Source of the DNA: Yeguia hominis
GTDB taxonomy: Bacteria > Bacillota > Clostridia > Oscillospirales > Acutalibacteraceae
Direction of reading: 5' to 3'
Assembly (NCBI RefSeq): GCF_014384705.1
Contig: NZ_JACRSN010000003.1
Span: 125,113 to 189,112 of the forward strand
DNA length: 64,000 nucleotides
Of this stretch, positions 58,052 to 64,000 are shown one piece after another. The position numbers and the translations under genes are program-made. Every line of letters starts with the position of its first letter. Within the stretch, counting starts at the first letter, position 1. Under the pieces are notes generated by a model, which ran no database searches, was not told the DNA's origin, and worked only from the letters and a program-made list of their open reading frames with translations.

Positions 58052-59578
58052 ATGTCAGATAGGACACAGGCCCCCTATGCAATTGAATGCAGCGGAATCA
58101 CAAAGACGTTTGGCTCTGTGGTTGCGAACGACGGCATCGATCTTTCTGTCCGCTACGGAGAAATTCTGGCCTTGCTCGGCGAGAACGGATCCGGCAAAAC
58201 AACGCTGATGAACATGCTTTCCGGCATCTATCATCCGGACAGCGGAAGCATCCGGATTGGCGGACAAGAGGTGCAGATCGCGTCGCCATCCGACGCCCGT
58301 GCGCTCGGAATCGGAATGATTCACCAGCATTTTAAGCTGGTCGATATTTTTACCGCGCGGGAAAATATCATCCTGGGTTCCCGGGAAAAGCGCAGCGCGC
58401 AGAAACAGCGCGAGGCGATTGCCGCCATCATGGAGGATGTCGGGCTCTCGATTGACCTGGACAAGCGCGTTTGTGATATGGCGGTCAGCGAAAAGCAGAC
58501 GGTCGAGATCCTGAAGGTGCTCTATTCGGGCTCCAAAATTCTGATTCTCGACGAGCCGACAGCGGTTTTGACGCCGCAGGAGACAGAGCTGCTCTTCGCG
58601 ATGCTGCGGCGTATGCGGGAAAAGGGCTGCGCAATCATCATCATCACGCACAAGCTCGGCGAAGTTTTGGCGATCAGCGACCGTGTAACGGTTTTGCGCA
58701 AGGGAAAAAGCGTCGGAACGGCGGTGACGGCGGAAACCAACCAGAAAATCCTGACGGAATTTATTGTCGGCCATGCAGTGAATCTCGAAATTCACCGGCC
58801 GGAACCGGAAAATCCGCAGACCATTCTCAATGTCGTGAACCTGACGGTGGATAAGCCGGACGGCTCCTGCGCGATTGACGATATTTCCTTTGAAATTCGG
58901 ACCGGTGAAATTCTCGGCGTCGCAGGTGTTGCGGGAAGCGGTCAAAAAGAGCTTTGCGAGACCATTGCAGGGCTGATGCCGGCAAAAAAGGGCGCAATTC
59001 TTTATAAAAAAGAAAATATCCTCGGAAAATCGCCGCTGGACATTATCAAATACGGCATCAGCATGAGCTTTGTGCCGGAAGACCGTCTGGGCATGGGGCT
59101 GGTTGCCTCGATGGATATGGTGGATAACATGCTGCTCAAGACCTACACGGCCGGCCCCGGTCCGTTTGTCGACAAAAAGCCGGCTAAGGCCCTTGCAGAA
59201 CGGTTGGTGGAAAAACTCGGGATCGTCACCGGCGGACTCAATATGCCGGTTCGGCTGATGTCCGGCGGCAACGTGCAGAAGGTGCTGCTCGGATGCGAGA
59301 TTGAATCCAATCCGAATCTGCTGATTACCGCGTATCCGGTGCGCGGACTCGATATCAATTCCTCGTACCTCGTGTACGATCTGCTCAACGAACAGAAAAA
59401 ACGCGGCGTCGCGGTGATGTATATCGGCGAGGATCTCGACGTGCTGCTGGAGCTTGCCGACCGGATCATGGTGCTCTGTCACGGAAAAATCACCGGAATT
59501 GTGGACGCCAAAGCAGTCACAAAAGAACAAATCGGCCTGATGATGACCGGCGGAACCGGAGAGGAGGCAACGGCATGA
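58052..59578 (+). CDS. Nucleoside/sugar-type ABC transporter ATP-binding protein (duplicated nucleotide-binding domain)
   Basis: Two Walker A sites (GENGSGKTT and GVAGSGQ). LSGG signatures. Start MSDRTQ at 58052. Confidence 0.85.
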   Translation: MSDRTQAPYAIECSGITKTFGSVVANDGIDLSVRYGEILALLGENGSGKTTLMNMLSGIYHPDSGSIRIGGQEVQIASPSDARALGIGMIHQHFKLVDIFTARENIILGSREKRSAQKQREAIAAIMEDVGLSIDLDKRVCDMAVSEKQTVEILKVLYSGSKILILDEPTAVLTPQETELLFAMLRRMREKGCAIIIITHKLGEVLAISDRVTVLRKGKSVGTAVTAETNQKILTEFIVGHAVNLEIHRPEPENPQTILNVVNLTVDKPDGSCAIDDISFEIRTGEILGVAGVAGSGQKELCETIAGLMPAKKGAILYKKENILGKSPLDIIKYGISMSFVPEDRLGMGLVASMDMVDNMLLKTYTAGPGPFVDKKPAKALAERLVEKLGIVTGGLNMPVRLMSGGNVQKVLLGCEIESNPNLLITAYPVRGLDINSSYLVYDLLNEQKKRGVAVMYIGEDLDVLLELADRIMVLCHGKITGIVDAKAVTKEQIGLMMTGGTGEEATA

Positions 59579-60669
59579 ATTCGACAAAACAGGCATCCCG
59601 GCAGCCGCTGCTCCATATTGTCAAGCGTGCGGAGCTTCCGCGCCGGACTTCTGCGCTGCTGCGGCTAGGGGCATTTCTGCTGTCGCTGTTTATCGGCGGG
59701 CTGTTCATTCTGGCGCTCGGATATAACCCGTTTGAGATTTACGGTACGATCGTATCCGGCTCTTTCCGCAGCGCGATGGCAATTCAGGCAACGATCAAGG
59801 TGATGGTTCCGCTCCTGATTTCCTCGCTCGCGGTGACGCTGGCCTTTAAAATGAAATTTTGGAATATCGGCGCAGAAGGCCAGATTATCATGGGCGCAAC
59901 CTTTGCAACCTACTTTGCGCTCTTTCACTCCGATTGGAACCACTGGGTGCTGATCCTTGTGATGCTTCTCGCGGGAATGATCGGCGGCGGCTTGTGGGGA
60001 TTGATTCCCGCAGTGCTCAAGACCCGTTTCAATACAAACGAGACGCTCCTGACGCTGATGCTCAACTACATCGCGCTGCATATTGTCTCTTACTTGCGCG
60101 ATGGCCCTTGGAAGGATCCCGGATCCCAGGGCTATGCCAAAATTGCGCGTTTTGACGGCAATGCGGCGCTCGATAAGGTGTTCGGCGTGCATTTCGGGTG
60201 GATTATTGCGCTGGTGCTGACGGCGTTGGTCGCCGTCTATCTGCGCCGCACCAAACAGGGATATGAAATTTCGGTTGTCGGCGAAAGCCAGGATACGGCA
60301 CGCTATGCCGGCATGAACGTCCGCAAAATTGTCATCCGCACCATGTTTTTGAGCGGCGCGGTCGCCGGAATCTGCGGCATGCTGCAGGCAACCGGCGCCG
60401 ATATTACGCTGACGACCTCGGTGGCGGGCGGCGTCGGATTTACGGCGATTATCATTGCCTGGCTCGCACAGCTCAATCCGGTGATGATTGTGGTGGTGTC
60501 GTTCCTCTTTAGCGTCCTTGAAAAGGGCAGCAGTGTCATTCAGTCCTCCTTCGGATTGTCAACCGACTGCGCTGATGTGCTGCAGGGAATTATTCTGTTT
60601 TTGGTAATCGGCTGCGAATTCTTTATCCGGTATCGCTTTGTCCGGGAGAAAAAGGAGGGTGCGCGGTAA
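59575..60669 (+). CDS. ABC transporter permease (nucleoside-type, first subunit)
   Basis: Polytopic membrane protein. Overlapping start/stop with the ATPase gene. Confidence 0.8.
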   Translation: MNSTKQASRQPLLHIVKRAELPRRTSALLRLGAFLLSLFIGGLFILALGYNPFEIYGTIVSGSFRSAMAIQATIKVMVPLLISSLAVTLAFKMKFWNIGAEGQIIMGATFATYFALFHSDWNHWVLILVMLLAGMIGGGLWGLIPAVLKTRFNTNETLLTLMLNYIALHIVSYLRDGPWKDPGSQGYAKIARFDGNAALDKVFGVHFGWIIALVLTALVAVYLRRTKQGYEISVVGESQDTARYAGMNVRKIVIRTMFLSGAVAGICGMLQATGADITLTTSVAGGVGFTAIIIAWLAQLNPVMIVVVSFLFSVLEKGSSVIQSSFGLSTDCADVLQGIILFLVIGCEFFIRYRFVREKKEGAR

Positions 60670-61625
60670 TGGAAATGGTTTTGAAATTTCTGGTCGCTGC
60701 AATTGTCGCAGGGACACCGCTCCTGTTCGGAACGGTCGGCGAAATCCTCAATGAAAAGGTCGGGCACTTAAACCTCGGCGTGGAGGGCATGATGTCCATC
60801 GGCGCCTGCGCCGGATTTATGGCCGGATATTACAGCAACAGCTTTCTTGTGGCCTTGCTGGCCTCTTTTGCCGGCGGTGCGTTCGGCGCGCTGATTTACG
60901 CGGTGCTGACGGTTACCTTTATGGCCAACCAGAACGTCACGGGCCTGACGCTGACGATTTTTGGAATCGGTCTTGCAAACTTTGTCGGCGTGTATGCGCT
61001 GTCCACGACGGAGAACGGAACACTCAAGCTGCCGGAGCGCATAGGCGCACAGATCGGCTCGGTGCATATTCCGGTTTTGAGCGACCTGCCGATTGTCGGC
61101 GAGCTGCTTTTCTCGTATAATCCCTTTGTTTATCTCGCGATTGCGATTGCGATTGCGATGCATCTCTATTTGTTCCGCACCCGGCGCGGACTCAATCTCC
61201 AGTCTATCGGTGAAAATCCGGCAGCGGCGGATGCAGTGGGCATTCACGTAACACGGATCAAATATCTGAGCATTGTGATCGGCGGCGGCATTTGCGGCAT
61301 CGGCGGTGCGTATTGCTCGATGATTATCAACGGCGGCGTTTGGATCAGCGATAATGTCGGCGGTCTGGGCTGGATTGCCGTGGCGCTCGTCATTTTTGCA
61401 CGCTGGAAACCTGCGGTCGCCATTGGCGGTTCGTTTATTTTCGGTGCGCTGCGGGTGCTCAAATACTATGTGCCGAAGAGCCTGTTTGCCTTTCCGAATG
61501 CGTTTTATGATATGCTGCCGTTCCTGATTACGGCGCTGGTGCTGGTAATCAGCTCCATTCGGAAATCCAAAGGTGCACATATTCCGGCAAACCTCGGCGT
61601 CAACTATTTCCGTGAGGATCGCTGA
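60669..61625 (+). CDS. ABC transporter permease (nucleoside-type, second subunit)
   Basis: Polytopic membrane protein. Translationally coupled (TAATGG). Confidence 0.8.
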   Translation: MEMVLKFLVAAIVAGTPLLFGTVGEILNEKVGHLNLGVEGMMSIGACAGFMAGYYSNSFLVALLASFAGGAFGALIYAVLTVTFMANQNVTGLTLTIFGIGLANFVGVYALSTTENGTLKLPERIGAQIGSVHIPVLSDLPIVGELLFSYNPFVYLAIAIAIAMHLYLFRTRRGLNLQSIGENPAAADAVGIHVTRIKYLSIVIGGGICGIGGAYCSMIINGGVWISDNVGGLGWIAVALVIFARWKPAVAIGGSFIFGALRVLKYYVPKSLFAFPNAFYDMLPFLITALVLVISSIRKSKGAHIPANLGVNYFREDR

Positions 61626-61677
61626 CGGCTGAAAATAAAAGACCCGTATCAAACGGGCAGGGAAAGGGGCAGATGCC

Positions 61678-61983
61678 ATGCAGGCGCTGGAAACACAATT
61701 GACCGAATGTTTTTTAAATGCTGCGAAAGAAGCAGAGCTTCAGTGCGGGGTCCGCGCAGAGCAGGCGTGCCGGGATATCAAACGGTACGGCGGCGTGGCG
61801 TATATCCGGAAGCTGGCAAAAGCCGGTGCAGAATCGGAGTCCCTTTGCCGCCTTGCGGAATGCGGCCGGGTGAAACTCTCGTTTGAAGCCTGTGCCGTGC
61901 GTTCGGAATATGCGGCGCTCTTCACGGACGAAGAGATCAACGCCTGTTTTGCTTCCCTGTGCGCATACGGATATTACGGATAA
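61678..61983 (+). CDS. Hypothetical protein (Cys/Ala-rich, 101 aa)
   Basis: ORF with SD GGGAAAGGGG. No recognisable family. Followed by a clean terminator. Confidence 0.4.
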   Translation: MQALETQLTECFLNAAKEAELQCGVRAEQACRDIKRYGGVAYIRKLAKAGAESESLCRLAECGRVKLSFEACAVRSEYAALFTDEEINACFASLCAYGYYG

Positions 61984-61997
61984 CAGAAGCATGCTTA

Positions 61998-62034
61998 CGC
62001 TCCGGTGGTTTTGAACCCCCGGAGCGTTTTTTTG
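61998..62034 (+). terminator. Rho-independent terminator
   Basis: ACGCTCCGG ... CCGGAGCGT stem followed by TTTTTTT. Confidence 0.75.
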
Positions 62035-62581
62035 CTGTTACGGTAGGTAAAACCACTGTGCGAGTTTTTTTATTTTGACGTTTTGCCGCATCCTTGAAAA
62101 ACCGGCGTCTGGCGCGGAGACACCCGGCTTTGCAGCGTGCTTGACAGCGGACGCTGCCGCGGAGACTACTTTGGAAAAACAACGGCGCGGACGGGTATTT
62201 TGCTGGAACGCGCAGCTCGGCAGGCATGCAGCGGAACCCGCAAGTTCTTGCAGCGGCAGCCGGGCGACCTGTTGCTGGCCAAAAAATCGCGAAAAAAATG
62301 GAATCAGGGCCATTTAAGTCCGGTTTATTGGACACCTCTTTTGATATAATAAAAGTAGAGAGAAGAGCAGTCCGGCAAATCGGATTTCATCAGCATGAAA
62401 TCAAACGCCGGAAGAAGGAGGTTCCAGATGCTTGCGAATATCAACTTGATCCGTTTGATTTCCGGGATTGTCTGCGCGGCGGCGCTGTTCCTTTGGGTGT
62501 TCGATTGGCTGCGGGAAATCGAGAGAACCGCGCGCCGGAGACGCAGGCCGCAAATTTCCAGAAGGCCGAATCCTGCACCGC

Positions 62582-62610
62582 TTGCGAAACTGCAGCCGGA
62601 TCGGTATAAT
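62582..62610 (+). promoter_or_regulatory. Candidate sigma-A promoter of the WYL regulator gene
   Basis: TTGCGA-17 nt-TATAAT. GGAGGTGA SD and a GTG start follow 19-32 nt downstream. Confidence 0.5.
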
Positions 62611-62641
62611 GAAACCGAACCATTCTGCGGAGGTGATCGGT

Positions 62642-63658
62642 GTGGCCAAATCCGCCAACCAGAAATTGAAGCTGTTATATTTACAGAAAATTCTGCTCGA
62701 GGAGACGGACGATGCGCACTGCATCGCCCTGCCTGAACTGATCCGCGCGCTTCAGGAGCTGGGAATCGCCGCGGAACGCAAGAGTCTGTATACGGACTTA
62801 GAGGCTTTGCGCCAATTTGGGCTGGATGTCGAGTTCCGCAGGGGCAAAAACGGCGGATATTACATCGCCGAGCGGCCGTTTCAGCTGCCGGAGCTCAAGC
62901 TTCTGGTGGACAGCGTACAGGCGTCCCGGTTTATCACGCAGCGGAAATCTTCAGAACTGATCCGGAAAATCGAGTCGCTTGCAAGTGTCCATGAGGCCAA
63001 GCAGCTCCACCGGCAGGTGTATGCGGCGAGCCGCGTCAAGACGATGAACGAGAGCATCTATTATAATGTAGATAAAATTTATGCGGCCATCAGCAACAAA
63101 ACCCAGATCACCTTTCGCTATTTTGCATACACGGTCAAAAAGGAAAAGCGTTACCGCCATGGCGGTTTGCGGTACCAGGTCAGCCCGTTTGCGCTTTCCT
63201 GGGATAATGAAAATTATTACATGCTGGCGTTTGACCGCGCCGCGCAAAAGCTCAAGCATTACCGTGTTGACAAAATGGAGTCCATCGCGGTGACGCGGCA
63301 AAAACAGGAGGGCGCGGAGGTCTTTCAGAAGATCGATATGGCGGCATATTCGCAACGTGTTTTCTCCATGTACGGCGGAGAGGACGTGCTGGTACGGCTG
63401 CGATTTGCGGCGCGTCTGATCGGCGTGGTGATGGATCGTTTCGGAAAGGATGTGCGGGTGTTTCCGGTTCCGTCCGGAACGGAGGAGCCGAAATGGTTTG
63501 AAATCAGCGTGCATGTGGAGCTCAGTCCGCAGTTTTACGGCTGGATGGCAAGCTTCGGCGGAGAAGCGCAGGTGCTCGCGCCGGAAAAAGCTGTAAACGG
63601 CATGCAGGCGCAATTGCGCGCGGTGCTGGAAGCATATGGAGCGGCAAGCAATTCGTGA
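62642..63658 (+). CDS. WYL-domain transcriptional regulator (HTH-WYL-WCX architecture, BrxR/CapW-like)
   Basis: GTG start after GGAGGTGA. N-terminal wHTH (KLKLLYLQKILLEETD...). Central WYL region (FRYFAYTVKKEKRYRHGGLRYQVSPFALSWDNENYYMLAF). C-terminal extension. Confidence 0.75.
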   Translation: MAKSANQKLKLLYLQKILLEETDDAHCIALPELIRALQELGIAAERKSLYTDLEALRQFGLDVEFRRGKNGGYYIAERPFQLPELKLLVDSVQASRFITQRKSSELIRKIESLASVHEAKQLHRQVYAASRVKTMNESIYYNVDKIYAAISNKTQITFRYFAYTVKKEKRYRHGGLRYQVSPFALSWDNENYYMLAFDRAAQKLKHYRVDKMESIAVTRQKQEGAEVFQKIDMAAYSQRVFSMYGGEDVLVRLRFAARLIGVVMDRFGKDVRVFPVPSGTEEPKWFEISVHVELSPQFYGWMASFGGEAQVLAPEKAVNGMQAQLRAVLEAYGAASNS

Positions 63659-63714
63659 GCGAAAGCATCGCGCGAGGCATCTTTTGATCCGGGGCGCTTG
63701 CGGCGCTGAAACAC

Positions 63715-63766
63715 AAAAACCCCCTGTTTTCTTCGCCGGGCAAGCGGAGAAAACAGGGGTTCTTTC
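63715..63766 (+). terminator. Rho-independent terminator after the WYL regulator
   Basis: AAAACCCCTGTTTTC ... GAAAACAGGGGTT stem followed by CTTTCT. Confidence 0.7.
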
Positions 63767-64000
63767 TGAGACGAATGAACTTCACCGGACTTCCATGCAT
63801 CGGCAAGGCTTGCTGATGTTCCGCGAAAAACAGGTTCATCAGCACCGCGCACATCAGCACCGGCGTTCAGCGGCGATAGATCGAAGTCTCGATAAAAGCC
63901 GGTGTGCTGCCGGGCGCGGACTGAGTTTGCGCGCTGTTCCGTGTTCTGCAAAAAGCCGGTAGAGCCGGTGCCGCTGGACACCGATGACGATCGGGGGGGA

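Noticed and set aside
1-64000. CRISPR arrays, rRNA/tRNA genes, IS elements or integrases
   Set aside because: No regularly spaced direct repeats, no tRNA-like cloverleaf-terminated segments, and no transposase or integrase motifs were seen in any frame. GC content is uniform across the window.

Overview
High-GC (about 60%) chromosomal segment from a spore-forming Firmicute, probably a Clostridia-class organism. Evidence: ScpA/ScpB, a YtfI/YtfJ-like DUF2953+GerW pair, a PASTA-domain PrkC kinase, and GGAGG-type ribosome-binding sites. Almost all of it is densely packed core genes. From the left edge: der(partial)-plsY, a patatin-like lipase, an SDR, rpmB, an M50 protease, scpAB, a DacB-like carboxypeptidase, rluB, an IMPase and yicC-remA-gmk. 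These are followed by the conserved cluster rpoZ-priA-def-fmt-rsmB-rlmN-stp-prkC-rsgA. After that come a LexA-controlled dinB, a DUF1836-NfeD-flotillin operon, and an amino-sugar cluster (AraC/PocR regulator, NTP-transferase, ROK kinase, NahK-like kinase, nagB). Next are a ROK-repressed Zn-ADH/dhaKL/rpiB polyol-type cluster, a VanW lipoprotein, a DUF2325-DUF3793-flavodoxin operon with an unusual leader, a T-box-controlled ilvBN, lgt, an M16 peptidase, and xpt plus a BMP-type nucleoside ABC transporter. The last gene is a WYL-domain (BrxR/CapW-like) regulator at the right edge. No rRNA, tRNA, CRISPR array or obvious mobile element was seen. All long antisense ORFs look like spurious high-GC open frames. 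The most unusual items are non-coding: operator-like palindromes, leader hairpins, an ORF-free 760-bp convergent gap carrying a terminator, and a long perfect inverted repeat. The WYL regulator and the small ORF in front of it may mark the start of an accessory or defense locus that continues beyond the window. No single complete novel system could be shown inside the window.
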